Shown here piece after piece: positions 22,626 through 36,214 of a stretch of DNA of 64,000 nt. The stretch's first letter is position 1. The number at the start of each line of letters is the position of its first letter. The DNA is from Malacoraja senta (Eukaryota), in the NCBI GenBank assembly GCA_038087875.1, contig CM075991.1:9240001-9304000 (forward strand), in the 5' to 3' direction. The notes under the pieces were generated by a model. It ran no database searches. It was given only the letters and a program-made list of their open reading frames with translations, and was not told where the DNA came from. Both the position numbers and the translations under genes were made by a program.

Positions 22626-24200
22626 AACATAGAAACATAGAAACATAGAAATTAGGTGCAGGAGTAGGCCATTCGGCCCTTCGAGCCTGCACCGCCATTC
22701 AATATGATCATGGCTGATCATCCAACTCAGTATCCCGTAACTGCCTTCTCTCCATACCCTCTGATCCCTTTAGCCACAAGGGCCACATCTAACTCCCTCT
22801 TAAATATAGCCAATGAACTGGCCTCGACTACCCTCTGTGGCAGAGAGTTCCAGAGATTCACCACTCTCTGTGTGAAAAAAGTTCTTCTCATTTCGGTTTT
22901 AAAGGATTTCCCCCTTATCCTTAAGCTGTGACCCCTTGTCCTGGACTTCCCCAACATCGGGAGCAATCTTCCTGCATCTAGCCTGTGCAACCCCTTAAGA
23001 ATTTTGTAAGTTTCTATAAGATCCCCTCTCAATCTCCTAAATTCTAGAGAGTATAAACCAAGTCTATCCAGTCTTTCTTCATAAGACAGTCCTGACATCC
23101 CAGGAATCAGTCTGGTGAACCTTCTCTGCACTCCCTCTATGGCAATAATGTCCTTCCTCAGCTTTGGAGACCAAAACTGTACGCAATACTCCAGGTGTGG
23201 TCTCACCAAGACCCTGTACAACTGCAGTAGAACCTCCCTGCTCCTATACTCAAATCCTTTTGCTATGAAAGCTAACATACCATTCGCTTTCTTCACTGCC
23301 TGCTGCACCTGCATGCCTACTTTCAATGACTGGTGTACCATGACACCCAGGTCTCGCTGCATCTCCCCTTTTCCTAGTCGGCCACCATTTAGATAATAGT
23401 CTGCTTTCCTGTTTTTGCCGCCAAAATGGATAACCTCACATTTATCCACATTATACTGCATCTGCCAAACATTTGCCCACTCACCCAGCCTATCTAAGTC
23501 ACCTTGCAGTCTCCCAGCATCCTCCTCACAGCTAACACTGCCCCCCAGCTTAGTGTCATCCGCAAACTTGGAGATATTGCCTTCAATTCCCTCATCCAGA
23601 TCATTAATATATATTGTAAATAGCTGGGGTCCCAGCACTGAGCCTTGCGGTACCCCACTAGTCACTGCCTGCCATTGTGAAAAGGACCCGTTTACTCCTA
23701 CTCTTTGCTTCCTGTTTGCCAGCCAGTTCTCTATCCACATCAATACTGAACCCCCAATGCCATGTGCTTTAAGTTTGTATACTAATCTCTTATGTGGGAC
23801 CTTGTCGAAAGCCTTCTGGAAGTCCAGATACACCACATCCACTGGTTCTCCCCTATCCACGCTACTAGTTACATCCTCGAAAAATTCTATAAGATTCGTC
23901 AGACATGATTTACCTTTCGTAAATCCATGCTGACTTTGTCCAATGATTTCACCACTTTCCAAATGTGCTGCTATCCCATCCTTTAATAACTGACTCTAGC
24001 AGTTTCCCCACTACCGATGTTAGACTAACTGGTCTGTAATTCCCCGTTTTCTCTCTCCCTCCCTTCTTAAAAAGTAGGGTTACGTTTGCTACCCGCCAAT
24101 CCTCAGGAACTACTCCAGAATCTAAAGAGTTTTGAAAAATTATCACTAATGCATCCACTATTTCTGGAGCTACGTCCTTAAGTACTCTGGGATGCAGCCT
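22626..24200 (-). mobile_element. CR1/HER1 LINE, 5'-truncated ORF2 (RT domain to 3' tail)
   Basis: 411-aa ORF 22727-23962 with QHGFTKGKSCLTNL, LDFQKAFDKV, SGVPQGSVLGP and FADDTKL; frameshift near 23980 joins upstream NYRPVSLTS; (tttctatg)n tail. Confidence 0.95.
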
Positions 24201-25125
24201 ATCAAAGCCATGAACATCAGCCACAGAGGCATTCAAAGCCATGAAACGCTTACAGATGCCACTTGTGGCTGGCCTGTCCACCTTCATCTATTTCATACCT
24301 TGATGAGCCACGAACAAGTAGAATGGTTAACAACGTTGAGAAAGATCTCGGCTACACAAAGGTGAGATGTGTGAGCATTAATAAATGGAACAAATCGATG
24401 ATTCTAATTATCCCAGTCATGTAGAACTTCATCACTTAATCGCTTTGTACATTTTAGGAAATACACTCTAGTGCTATAACTAACATAGTTATAGAATATG
24501 AAGGTAGGTGATCATGGCATATGGAGTTAGTTATTGTCCTTAACATAAGTTGGAAGAATCAGTTTCGATAGAACTTTGGCTTTAGGCTTGGTTTTTCTTG
24601 CTTGAGTGGTTATCCTGGTGTTATAGCAAGTACCTTGTGTTTCAATTGTAGTTTAGAACAATGGAACACAGGAATAGTGTCTTCAGCCCAAGTGCCTACA
24701 GTACAGACACCTCCCAACTTGTATAAGGGTTACGTACCAAGGACTATCGCGTAAGTCAGATGTAACGCGCGTCGGGAACGGAAGTGCTGCTGGGCAAAAG
24801 TAACTTTACTACTCGTACTTTATTGGGATACGGTGCAAAACTTTAATTGCATGTTATCCATTCGATTCATATCATGCATGAGGACATTGTGTATGGAAGC
24901 AAAGAATCTCACTGTGCCTAGTCACATTGTGGAAATAAAGTATTCCTATTCCTAAATTCAAGCCATGCATACGTACAATAGGTAGAGTAAAGAGAAAATC
25001 ACCAGCGTGCAGGGTACAGCGTTACAGCATTACTGTGTTACAGTGTTCGAGAAAGGGCAGGGAAAAAAAGTGCAGGGTCCGCAATGAGGTAGGTTGGAAG
25101 ATCTGGACTACACTCTGACTTATGG

Positions 25126-25368
25126 TCGGAGGGGAGAGTGGACGCTGGCGCGGTTTGGCTGCCGCTGCTCTCTCCTCAAATTGTGTTTCTTATTTTCTTT
25201 TTGTGCTTTTGTAATTTGAATTCTGTCCTTGATTTGTGTACTGTGGTGTTTTTATATTTAATTTATTCCGATTATGTGTTTTGTATTTTTGTGATTCTAT
25301 GCCTTGTAAGGTGTCCTTGGGTGTTAGAAAGGCGCCAGCAAATAAAATGAATTATTAATTAATTATTA
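25126..25368 (+). mobile_element. Short element with L2-type 3' tail and 5' hairpin
   Basis: Tail tgtaaggtgtccttggg..gaaaggcgc..aataaaatg(aatt)n; TSD ttatgg at 25120-25125 and 25369-25374. Confidence 0.55.
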
Positions 25369-26984
25369 TTATGGGAAGACCGCTCAGCTGTCTGATAACA
25401 ATAAGGTATGACATGGCTTAGTCAGAGCTGTGGCTGGGTAACTTGAGGAAACTTGAGGTAGTTGAGGAAACGAGAGCAGTTGAGGAAACTTGCCCACACT
25501 GGTCAACATGTACCAGCTACACTAGTCCCACCAGCTCCCGTTTTCCTCAACGTTTTGCCGGAGGTAGTTGAGGCAGGGACTATCGCAATGTTTAAGAAGC
25601 AGTTAGACAGGTACAGAGATAGGACAGGTTTGGAGGGAAAGGGGCCAAACGCGGGCAGGTGGGACTTGTGTAGCTGGGACAGGTTGGCCGGCATGGGCAA
25701 GTTGGGCCGAAGGGCCTGTTTCCACGCTATATCACTCTATGACTCTGAGGGCTGAGGGCAAGTCTCTGAGATGACAGCTGCGGAGCTCAAACAAGTGCAA
25801 GACAGCGGCACACAACCGCAAACCCCTCAAAGATTGGCGGGAGGAGGTTTCGATTTTGCACGCACGCGCCTTTACTGAAGGCCAGCAACCATCGACTTCA
25901 GAACCACACCTTCAGCAGCTTCCCCCCCCCCCCCCCCACCCACTCCACGAAGGAATTGGTGCAGCAATCATCTTGCCACAGGCAGCTCATTTCACACAGT
26001 CGAATTTGTCCAATTCCTATACTTCCTGGCAGAAGTTGAGAAGAATGTAAATGCATATTTTTCCTTTCAACCACAAAAAAATAATGTGGAAGGCGACAGT
26101 TGCGAAATGACTCACCCGTTACCTTAAAAGACGACTGCAATTATATCGTACATGTCTGTTTTACATAAAGCAGAGCTTCTTGCAACTATCTGCTTTTATT
26201 TGTCCCCTTCCTATCACACTAATATAAGTGTAACATCTTCCAGCTGTCATGTACATAAGGGGTGTCAGCCAACTGACTGGCTAATAACATCGTTTCTCCC
26301 CTCTCGCAATGGATTTAATAGGTACTTGTATTGTCTGAGATACAGAAGTTCCGTTTTTGCATTCCAGAAAGATAATTTATGTTTCTTTTCAAAGTCATCA
26401 AGAGTTAATGGCAGAAGTAATTTAAAGTTATGTTTTCCGTGTCTATGCCTACATGTTAACCAACCCCTTGAGCTTCTAGGCGAGGTGGATGTATAAATGA
26501 TTCATTTTTGCCTGTCCTTCAGGAAAACTCTTGCATTCTTTGTAAACATAAGATTGCCTTGAACTGTTGCAGCCTTTACAAAATGTGGATGTGTGTAAAA
26601 TGGAAGACAGATTGTGACTGTACACATAGTCATTGGTAGGAGAATATATTTAGTGAGATGAGAGGCATAGATGGGGTAGACAGTCAGAACCTTTTTTCCC
26701 CCAGGGTGTGCCGTACGATGGCTGCCTCACCAACGGTCTGTCTCGTCTTTTTCCTTTGTGTTTTTAGTTTGTTGTACAATGTATGTTTTAATTTATCTTT
26801 AGTTTTGTGTTACGGGTAAAGTCGCATCTCCGTCTAGGAAAGAGATTAAACCCCCCCCCCCCCCTCATAACACAAATTCCCCCTCCCCCCCTTGTGTTAT
26901 GAGGGGGGGGAACTTTTTTTATCTCTTTCCTTGACGGAGATGCGACTTTACCCATGTCGGATCTCGGTCCGCACTGCGGCCTAA

Positions 26985-27570
26985 AAGGCCTGTCCTACGA
27001 TGCGAGTTCACCCGAGCTCTCCCGAGTTTAAAAAAAAATCAATCTCGTGGTACCTCATCACGAGTATTTTTCACACTGTTGAAAAAACGTCAAGAGTTTC
27101 CGCGTTTCCCGAGTACCTGCCGTTAGCATTACGAGCCGCTACGAGACGTGCATGAGCTCCGACGTACCCGCCACGTACATTCTACGTACTTAAGGGCCTG
27201 TCCCACTGTACGAGGTAATTCAAGAGTTCTCCCGAGTTTCCCCTGATTCGAACTCGGAGAATTACGGTAATAGCCGCTCGTAGGTACTCTGGGCTCTTGT
27301 GGACATTTTTCAACATGTTGAAAAAACTTCACGAGCTTACCGCGTTTCCCGAGTACCTTCCGTTAGCGTTACGAGCCGCTAAGAGACGTCCCGAGCTCCG
27401 ACGTACCATCTACGTACATTCTACATACTTACCACGAGTTTGATTTATTTTAAAACTCGGGAGAGCTCTTGGGTAAACTCGTATAGTGGGACAGGGGCTT
27501 TACCACGAGTTCGATTTTTTTTAAAACTCGGGAGAGCTCTTGGGTGAACTCGCACCGTGGGACAGGCCCT
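26985..27570. mobile_element. Harbinger-type MITE (outer)
   Basis: TAA TSD at 26982-26984 and 27571-27573; long TIRs. Confidence 0.8.
27193..27499. mobile_element. Harbinger-type MITE family A (inner, nested)
   Basis: TTA TSD at 27190-27192 and 27500-27502; outer element reads through as tctacgtactta|ccacgag. Confidence 0.85.
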
Positions 27571-28252
27571 TAACATCATGGAGTTGGCGGCCTCTTGCTG
27601 GGACCTCGGAGCTCCAACCGCGGGACTTTAACAACGTGGAGCTCGCGGTCCCTGGTTAGGGAACGAATTCGGGAGCTCCAAAACGGCGGGAGTTTCGACC
27701 GCCCCGATCACGGGAGCTTCGATCGCCCCGACACGGGAGCTTTGATCGCCGGCTGCAGGAGCTTCAATCGCCCCGACTGCGGATGGTTCGACTCCCCAGA
27801 CTGCAGGAGAAAAGGAGGAAAAAAGGTATGACTTTATTACCTTCCATCACAGTGGGAAATGGGGAGGAGCCGCTGTGGAAGATGTTTCTGTCAATGTTTA
27901 ATGTAAGTAAGTAAGTAAGTTTATTGGCCAAGTATTCACATACAAGGAATTTGCCTTGGTGCTCCGCCCACAAGTAACAACATGACATACAGTGACAGTT
28001 ACGAATGACTCAGAAAACACTCAACATTAATAATAATAAGACATTAATGATAAAACACCATTGATCAAGCATGTGAACCAACAAAATGTAGCTGTGTGTC
28101 TTGTTGCTTTTTTGATACGACTGTATGGTAAACCAAATGCCTTGTATGTTGCAAAACATACTTGGCTAATAAATGACAATTATGATTGTGATTATGATGT
28201 CCAATACTAGAGAGCAGGGCTATAAGGTGAGAGGGTGAAAGTTGAATGGAGA

Positions 28253-28400
28253 TGGGGAATCTGGAGAGATTGAGGATGATGGATGGGTGGGGTTTACCAG
28301 AAGATGGAGAATTCAATGTCCATGCCATGGTGTTGCTGGCTACCCATGTCGAATATGCAATGGCTACCCATGTCGAATATGAGATGCTGTTCTTCTAACT
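28253..28400 (-). mobile_element. Penelope ORF C-terminal fragment
   Basis: Reverse complement LEEQHLIFDMGS..QQHHGMDIEFSIFW*, with a short internal duplication. Confidence 0.7.
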
Positions 28401-28539
28401 GGGACAAATATTAGTCTGAATGAGCTCGGGTGGAGTAATAGGGGGAGGTGAACTGCTGGTCATTGAGTAAACTATTGGAAGTTTAATCAAAGGAAGTGCG
28501 TGCTAATGAGAGATAACTCAGGACTCGTAAGGTTTTATT

Positions 28540-28739
28540 NNNNNNNNNNNNNNNNNNNNNNNNNNNNNNNNNNNNNNNNNNNNNNNNNNNNNNNNNNNNN
28601 NNNNNNNNNNNNNNNNNNNNNNNNNNNNNNNNNNNNNNNNNNNNNNNNNNNNNNNNNNNNNNNNNNNNNNNNNNNNNNNNNNNNNNNNNNNNNNNNNNNN
28701 NNNNNNNNNNNNNNNNNNNNNNNNNNNNNNNNNNNNNNN
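28540..28739. other. Assembly gap (200 N)
   Basis: Run of N; sequence resumes inside a CR1 3' end (28740-28925). Confidence 1.
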
Positions 28740-28956
28740 GGCCAAGTCAGTGGATATTTTTAAGGCAGATATAGGCAAATTATTGATTAGAACGGGTGTC
28801 AAGGGTTATGGGGAGAAGGCAGGAAAATGGGATTAGGAGGCAGAGATCAGCCATGATAGAATGGCGGAGTAGACTCAATGGGCCGAATGGCCTAATTTAA
28901 CTCCTTTAACTTGTGAATGTGAACTTGTAAGTCCATGCCAACCAGAATCACCAGTA

Positions 28957-29049
28957 GGTAGACTAAAGTGCAGGAGAAACTCAGTGGGTGCAGCAGCATC
29001 TATGGAGCGAAGGAAATAGGCAACGTTTCGGGCCGAAACCCTTCTTCAG
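28957..29049 (-). mobile_element. Single-arm PLE end starting at the hammerhead core (29022-29049)
   Basis: Reverse complement CTGAAGA-A-GGGT(TTCG)GCCC-GAAAC-GTT; TSD cagaatcaccagta at 28943-28956 and 29047-29060. Confidence 0.7.
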
Positions 29050-30514
29050 AATCACCAGTACCCCAGTTCCATCCTACACACTAGGGACAATTTACAGAGG
29101 CCAATTAACTTACAAACCTGCACATCTTGGCATGTAGGAGGAAGCCGGAGATCCTGGAGAAAAGCCACGCAGGTCACGGGGTGAACGTGCAAACTCCGTA
29201 ACGACAGCACCCATGGTCAGGATCATAACCGGGTCTCTGGCGCTGTAAATTGTACCTGGTGTGTGTAGGATGGAACTAATGCATGGGTGATCATTGGTCG
29301 ACATGGATTCAGTGGGCCGAACGGCCTGTTCCATGCTGTATCTCCAGCCAAAAGTGGACCATTATGGGCTCCACCCTTCCCTGGTCATCTATTACCGGCC
29401 CTGATTTGTTCTGGCCCTTTCCTAACTCCAGCCCTGTTTCCTCCCCCACTCCCGTTCTACTTTCAGTCTAAGGTCGGGTCCCAACCCGAAACGTCACCCA
29501 TCCTTTTTCTCCAGAGATGCTGCCTGACCCGCTGAGTCACTCCAGCACTTTGTGCCTATCTTCGGTAGAAACCAGCATCTGCAGTTCCTTCCCACACTAT
29601 GTTTATGTATCAATGTAAAGGGGAAACTAGGCTGGGAGTGCCCTGAGAGCCAGCATAGTCTGGATGGGCCGAATGGCCTGTCGTTAAGGAAGCGTTGGAT
29701 TGTTTATCCGGGCAATTCCTATCAGCCGAACAATCGCTTATTCCTTCCCTGGAGATGATGCAGATCTCCCTCAGCTGTGGGCGCAGCAAGGCTCCACGCT
29801 CTGCTGTCACCATCTCGAGAAATAAAGTCTATTTTGTCACACTGCGCTTAATTACAGCATCCACATTATGAATTGAATACAAGAGCCCAATTCAGTGCGA
29901 TTTCACCAATTAAAAGCGCCAGTATGTTTTCCTGCGCAGACTAGACTACATTGTTTGTGCTGTTAATGGAGGAAAAAGGCTGAAAAGGGAAGGAAAATTA
30001 TCCAATTAAGGAAACATTGCAGGTTGAATGGAAAGTTAACCCATGTTTTTTTGCTAAATGTTGCCTTGAATGAACCCGTTACTTAATTAGCAATATGTGG
30101 ACATATTATCGAGCTTCCCGGACAGTTTCTTTCTTTGGATGCAGGAGATATTTTAGGTTCTCCGTAAACCTCCTACTTTTAACTCCTTGGAGGACCGACT
30201 ATAGATCATAAAGAGAGAGAAACTTGCACCTAGTTTAGTTTAGATTAGATTAGAGATACAGTCTCCAGAAACAGGCCCTTCGGTCCACCCAGTTCTTTCA
30301 TATTATTCCCTTTGTCCTGTAACCTGTACACTGTGGACGGCTCGATTGTAATCATGTATTGTCTTTCCGCTGGCAGGTTAGCATGCAACAAAAGCTTTTC
30401 ACTGTACCTTGGTACGCGTGACAATAAACTACACTAGACCAGCGATCCCTGGCCGCACACTAACACATACTAGATACAATTTACGATTTTAACCAATGTT
30501 CAACAATAGTGAGC

Positions 30515-30985
30515 AGGAACATTCATTGTGAAATGCTAGACATAGGTTCCATTCCAAAGTATATCACCTCACACTTTACAGTATTAAATTCCTCCTGCCA
30601 TTGCTCTGCTCACTGCTAAAGCAAACCTCCACAATTAGTTTCCATTTCCTATCGCCAAGCCAATTTGGGTTTTCATTTGCTAAACCTCTTCGGATCTCGT
30701 GAGCCTGAATCCTTTGTCACCGGTTTCACCAAGTGGGATTTTCTCCAAAGTCTTACTGAAATCTGCAAAGACTTCATCAAGCACACTATTCTCATTGAAA
30801 TGCTTAGTTACTTCTTGTGAATAATTCAATCCAATTTGTTAGACAGGATCTCTCTTTAATATACCATGGCGAATATATTTCACTTAATCCCTCCTGTCTC
30901 AACTACTCAGACTTTTCTTCCAATACTTTCTCTGTCACTGATATTATACTCACTACCCTGGGACTACACGGCTTTCTCTTGTTGC
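30515..30985 (-). mobile_element. Decayed CR1 RT fragment
   Basis: Reverse complement WQEEFNTVKCEVIYFG and other degenerate RT motifs. Confidence 0.6.
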
Positions 30986-32359
30986 TACCTCGATTGTATT
31001 TGGTATTAGATGGTCAGCACAGATTCACTGCGAAGTAGGGCCTGTTTCCATGTTGTGTCACTCTATGACTAAGCGAGTCATAGAGTCACACAGTGTGGAA
31101 ACAGACCCTTTGGCCCAACTTGCCCACACCTGCTCCTGCACCTACTTTCTATGTTTCTATATCTTCTGCAATGCAAACTCATCGGATAATACCCATCCCA
31201 AGACCCACTGGTCGAAGGGCAAAATGGGCAGTTGTATCAGCGTTACCGCAATCCTAGCATGAGATTCGATGCCAGTAATGCCGTCGGAAGAGTCAGGCCC
31301 TTAGTGTTAGCGGAAACATCGCAATCCACACACTGCTGCCAATTTTGCACAATCCGCAGGCATTGCCCCTTTCATTTCACTGCACATCTTGTATGTGTAT
31401 GTGACAAATAAAGTTGACTTGACTTGTGTTAAATAAAGACGTTGCCTATTTCCTTCGCTCCATAGATGCTGCTGCACCCAGCTGAGTTTCTCCAGCATTT
31501 TTGTGTACCTTCAAGTTAACTTGACTTGATTACTCGAGCCAAACATTCACACTGCGGAGAGACCTGATGCTGCTGCTGCAAAGGAACAGTAATTCAATTG
31601 CAGTCTTTCAGCTCTGCCACAGAAGGTAGTGGAGGCCAAGTCACTGGATGTATTCAAGAGAGAGTCACATATACAGTAGCTCTTAGGGCGAATGGAATCA
31701 AGGAATGTGGGGAGATAGCAGGATAGCAGTGATTTGGATGATCAGCCATGATCATATTGATTGGCAGTGCTGGCTCGAAGGGCCGAATGGCCTACTCCTG
31801 CACCTATTTTATATGTTTTTATGTTTCAGCTCATGAACCGTAAACACTAACAGCTCCCATTTTATTGAGCCTTTGGTGGAATTCACATTTCATCCAACAG
31901 TGGGAGCCAACGGGACTACCCGCTGCTCAGGTCCCCTCTTCCAAGGCACCTCTTCCACTTAATTGAAACTCACAGGGAGAATTAACTGGAGATACGGAGG
32001 AAGGACACTGCAAAGATGGGAAGCATCGCCTGCACTGCTTGAAGCTACTTTTAATAGCTCCTCGGGTGGCCGCTTCTGCAGGAGAATGATGTGGAGAGGA
32101 AGATTCATATTGCACCAGGGAAAATTGGAATGAATTTAATTCTTTTCCCCACGCCTACTCTGACCTTTTTGTCTTTGTACTCCAGCACTGAACTGCAAGC
32201 GAGCTCAAGGAACAGCAGCCCGTCTCACGACCGGCTCGGTTTCATCCTTCAGGACTCGACACAAAATGAATCAATTTGTCGTATCACACAGTTCCATTAT
32301 TCAATTTCTTTTTCACTCTCCGAGCAATTTCAGATTTCATTTGTCTCCCCTCGATAGCC

Positions 32360-33500
32360 GGCGGCTCTCAGCGCCAGCGAGCCCGGGGTCGATTCCGACC
32401 TCCGGTGCTGTCCGTGCGGAGTTTGCACGTACTCCCTGTGATCATGTGGGTTTTCCCCCAGGTGCTGGCAGAGGAGGTCGTTGAGGCAGGTACAATTGCA
32501 ACATTTAAAAAACAATAGACAATAGACAATAGGTGCAGGAGTAGGCCATTCGGCCCTTCGAGCCAGCACCGCCATTCAATGTGATCATAGCTGATCATCC
32601 ACAATCAGTACCCCGTTCCTGCCTTCTCCCCATATCCCCTGACTCTGCTATTTTTAAGAGCCCTATCTAGCACTCTCTTGAAAGCATCCAGAGAACCTGC
32701 CTCCACCGCCCTCTGAGGCAGAGAATTCCACAGACTCCACTCTCTGTGAGAAAAAGTGTTTCCTCGTCTCCGTTCTAAATGGCTTACCCCTTATTCTTAA
32801 ATTGTGGCCCCTGGTTCTGGACTCCCCCAACATCGGGAACATGTTTCCTGCCTCTAGCGTGTCCAAACCCTTAACAATCTTAACCCTCTCATTCTTCTAA
32901 ACTCCAGAGTGTACAAGCCCAGCTGCTCCATTCTCTCTGCATATGACAGTCCCGCCATCCCGGGAATTTGAAAACATTTGGACAGGTACATGGATAGGAC
33001 AGGGTTTAGAGGGATATGGGCCCACTGTAGGTAGGTGTATCTATATATCCCAAACATGTGGGTTTGTAGCTTAAAAATTGCCCTTAATAGAGTCATAAAG
33101 TCATACAGCATGGAAACAGGTCCTTCAGCCCATCTTGTCCACACCGACCAACATGCCCCATCTACACTAGTCCCACCTGCCTACCATATCCCTCTGCACC
33201 CATCCTCCACATGGACCTGCCCAACTGTTTTTGTAAATGTTCTGATAATACCTGCATCAATCACCTCCTCTGGCAGCTCAAATGTGTGGGAAAGAACTGC
33301 AGATGCTGGTTTACGTCGAAGGTAGACACAAAATGCTGGCGTAACTCAGTGGGTCAGACAGGTTGCTGCCTGACCCGATGAATTACTCCAGCATTTTGCG
33401 TCTATCCTCTGGCAGCTCGTTCAATATACCTAGCACCTTTTGGGTAAAAGGGTTGCCCCTCAGGTTCCTATTAAATATTTTACCCCCTCACCTTAAAATG
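32360..33500. mobile_element. Nested cluster of V-SINE, CR1 3' ends and a PLE inverted unit
   Basis: GESRTRGHNLRIRG etc.; PLE arms at 33283-33405. Confidence 0.75.
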
Positions 33501-33557
33501 TGTAGGTGAGAGGTATAGTCAGGGTGGAGAATAAGTTGCAGGGACAATTGATAAGGG

Positions 33558-33845
33558 GATACGCTACGATACGATAGAAATGTATTTAACCAAGATGGGA
33601 AATTGATCTGCCAACAGTCCTAAAACACAAGATACACTCAGTCTACCCCGCGAATTAAGGTGGTGGAGTTGTGCAGTTTGATAGCCACAGCGAAAAATGA
33701 TCTCCTGTGGCATTGTGTACTGCATCTTGGTGGAACCGGTCTGTTGCTGAAGGTACTCCTCAGGTTGACTAGTGTGTCATGGAGGGGGTGAGCTGTATTG
33801 TCCAAGATGCTCCGCAGTTTGAGGAGGATCCTCCCCTCCAAGACC
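33558..33845 (-). mobile_element. Rex1/Babar-like LINE C-terminus
   Basis: GRILLKLRSILDNTAHPLHDTL..FSNR..PPRCST..HRRSFF.VAIKL; (tatcg)n tail. Confidence 0.7.
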
Positions 33846-34299
33846 CACCTCCCGTGAATCCGATGGATTGCACTGTGAACTGGCCGAGAGTTGGTAGACT
33901 GATATCATATGGAAATCCCTGACTGACCTTGCAGGGTTACTTTACTCTGAATCATAACAATCCCGTTCTCTGGTCAGACTCAGTCGGGATAGATTTTCTT
34001 CCCCAGAGGATATTAAAGATCCATTCGAATTTCACAACAATTTACTCATTTCAAGGTCACCATTAAAAATACGAGTTTTCCCTCTAAATTACAGGTTTAT
34101 TTAATTAACTACATTTGCATTCACCGACCACTGTGCTGGGATTTGAACATGTCTGAGCATCATTAGTCAGGTCTTTTCAGCTCGCTAATCCAATAACAGA
34201 ACCACTATCCTCCCCTATTTCAAGCTCACAAGTCACTACGAGAATTAATTTTATATCAAGTGCTTCCAAATCTTGCTGAGCGATAATGATAAAGCATTT

Positions 34300-34575
34300 T
34301 ATGCAAATATATATATATATATATTATACATATAATAGAAGTCCATTCTTATTACTTGTTTACAACGTTCCATTTATTCTAGTTGCTTATCTATGTGTAC
34401 ATATATTAAATCTATTTATATATATTTATATATATTTGTATATATTTATATATATATAATTTATTATTATGTACATGTGTAAATATATATTGCATCACAT
34501 TTTCATATATATATGTATATGAATATGTGATTCAATATATATATATACACGTATATATCAATAAACAATATATAT
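34300..34575. repeat. AT-rich (TA)n low-complexity tract
   Basis: Direct inspection. Confidence 0.9.
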
Positions 34576-35150
34576 ATCGGCCAATCTTCCCTGTCCCGCC
34601 TGCAACTGGTCCAAAACGCCGCAGCGAGACTCCTGACGGGCACCCGAAAAAGGGACCACGTCACCCCGATCCTGGCCTCTCTCCACGGGCTCCCTGTGTG
34701 GTTCAGAATAAATTTCAAGATCCTCCTTTACGTCTACAAAGCCCTTAACAGGCTTGCCCCCACCTACATCAAAAGTCTGCTCACCCACCATTCCACCTCC
34801 AGGTCCCTCAGATCGGCCGACTTGGGGTTACTGAATATCCCGCGGTCTAGGCATAAGCTCAGGGGCGACCGTGTCTTTGCGGTTGCAGCTCCTAGACTGT
34901 GGAACAGCGTCCCCCTTCCCATCAGAACTGCCCCCTCCATCGACTCCTTTAAGTCGAGACTTAAAACTCATCTTTACTCTCAAGCCTTTCTTGACGTCCT
35001 CTGAGTGAGGGCTGTATGTATGTATTTATGTATGTACTTAATCTATGAACCAATGTTGTATAACATTAGTACCTCCACCAATGTAAAGCACTTTGGCCAA
35101 CGAGAGTTGTTTTTTAAATGTGCTATAGAAATAAAAGTGACTTGACTTGA
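34576..35150 (+). mobile_element. L2-clade LINE 3' end
   Basis: Open frame LQLVQNAAARLLTG..DHVTPILASLH.LPV.FRI.FKILL..APRLWN..FKSRLKTHL, stop at 35004; tail aataaaag(tgact)n. Confidence 0.9.
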
Positions 35151-35728
35151 CGATATGAATATATCAAGTCAAGTCAAGTCATTTTTATTCTCATTTATGA
35201 AAGTGCTTTCATTTTCCCATTCATGGGATCCTATGAGCCCCCAGTGCCTTCCATGGCTTATACATATTATTTGATCTTGAATATTGAACCGTGTGATGTG
35301 ATTTAAAGAAGAGCAAATCCTTGGTGAAAGATGTGTCATGAAAGAGGAGAGTGGGGCCGAGGGGCTTAGAGAGGGAATCTCAGAGCTCAAGGCGTTGGCA
35401 GCTCATAGCGTGGCTACCAATATGGGCCGATTAAATTGCCTTCAAAATGAAGCTGGTGCGTGCACAAGAACCTTGGAAGGTCAGCACCACTGATGATCCT
35501 GGGATTTAGGTTTCTAACAATATATCGTCCTTGACTCACGAAGATGAGTGAAACATTTCACTTTAACAATAAAACATTTTTTTACACTTCTCCAGCCTTT
35601 TATCTCACGTTAGTGCCCAATAAAATCAGGCCCATGAAAGACTCAAAGAGCTGAAAGTGCTTTTATCACAGAGAACTGATGAAGACTCACCTAGTCTTCA
35701 ATGCTCAAAAGGTAAGCATGCTAAGAAA

Positions 35729-35942
35729 TGTGCAGGAAGGAACTGCAGATGCTGGTTTACACCGAACATAGACACAAAATACTGGAGTAACTCAGCGGGA
35801 CAGGCAGCATCTCTGGGTGGAAGGAATGGGTGACGTTTCGGGACAAGAGTCTGAAGACGGGTCTTGAGCCGAAACGTCACCCATTCCTTCTCTCCAGAGA
35901 TGCTGCCTGTCCCGCTGAGTTACTCCAGCTTTTTGTGTCTGT
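35729..35942. mobile_element. PLE inverted unit
   Basis: Inverted arms with hammerhead-like core. Confidence 0.75.
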
Positions 35943-36214
35943 CGAGGATGCAAGAAAGCTGGCTTGAATTATACAGAGAATATACAAACATATTTTCGCT
36001 GGGAGGTTAGTTGAATCAGTTTGAGTTCTTGATGATGTTGGCTGCTGTAGAGATAAGCATTATTGATTAGCAGGCATCTTCTTACCTCAGGCTTCATTGG
36101 ATAAAGACTTTCTCTTGATGTTTTGGAAGTCAGACCTTGCCCAGTGCAAACTGCACTGGTGATTTCACCAATGTGATTAACTGTCAGGCACCTGTATATT
36201 AATGGTCAACTTGA

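Larger units (their letters stand above)
26708..28200 (+). mobile_element. Unclassified retroelement hosting nested MITEs and a foldback
   Basis: Homology with 21515-22260; split at gcc-TAA-cat by a MITE. Confidence 0.6.

Noticed and set aside
24256..24361. Possible plus-strand exon ending AAG|GTGAGA
   Set aside because: Weak acceptor, unrecognised peptide, no partner exons
24697..24800. Possible Tc1/pogo-type TIR fragment (TA-CAG..)
   Set aside because: No matching second end found; too degenerate to call
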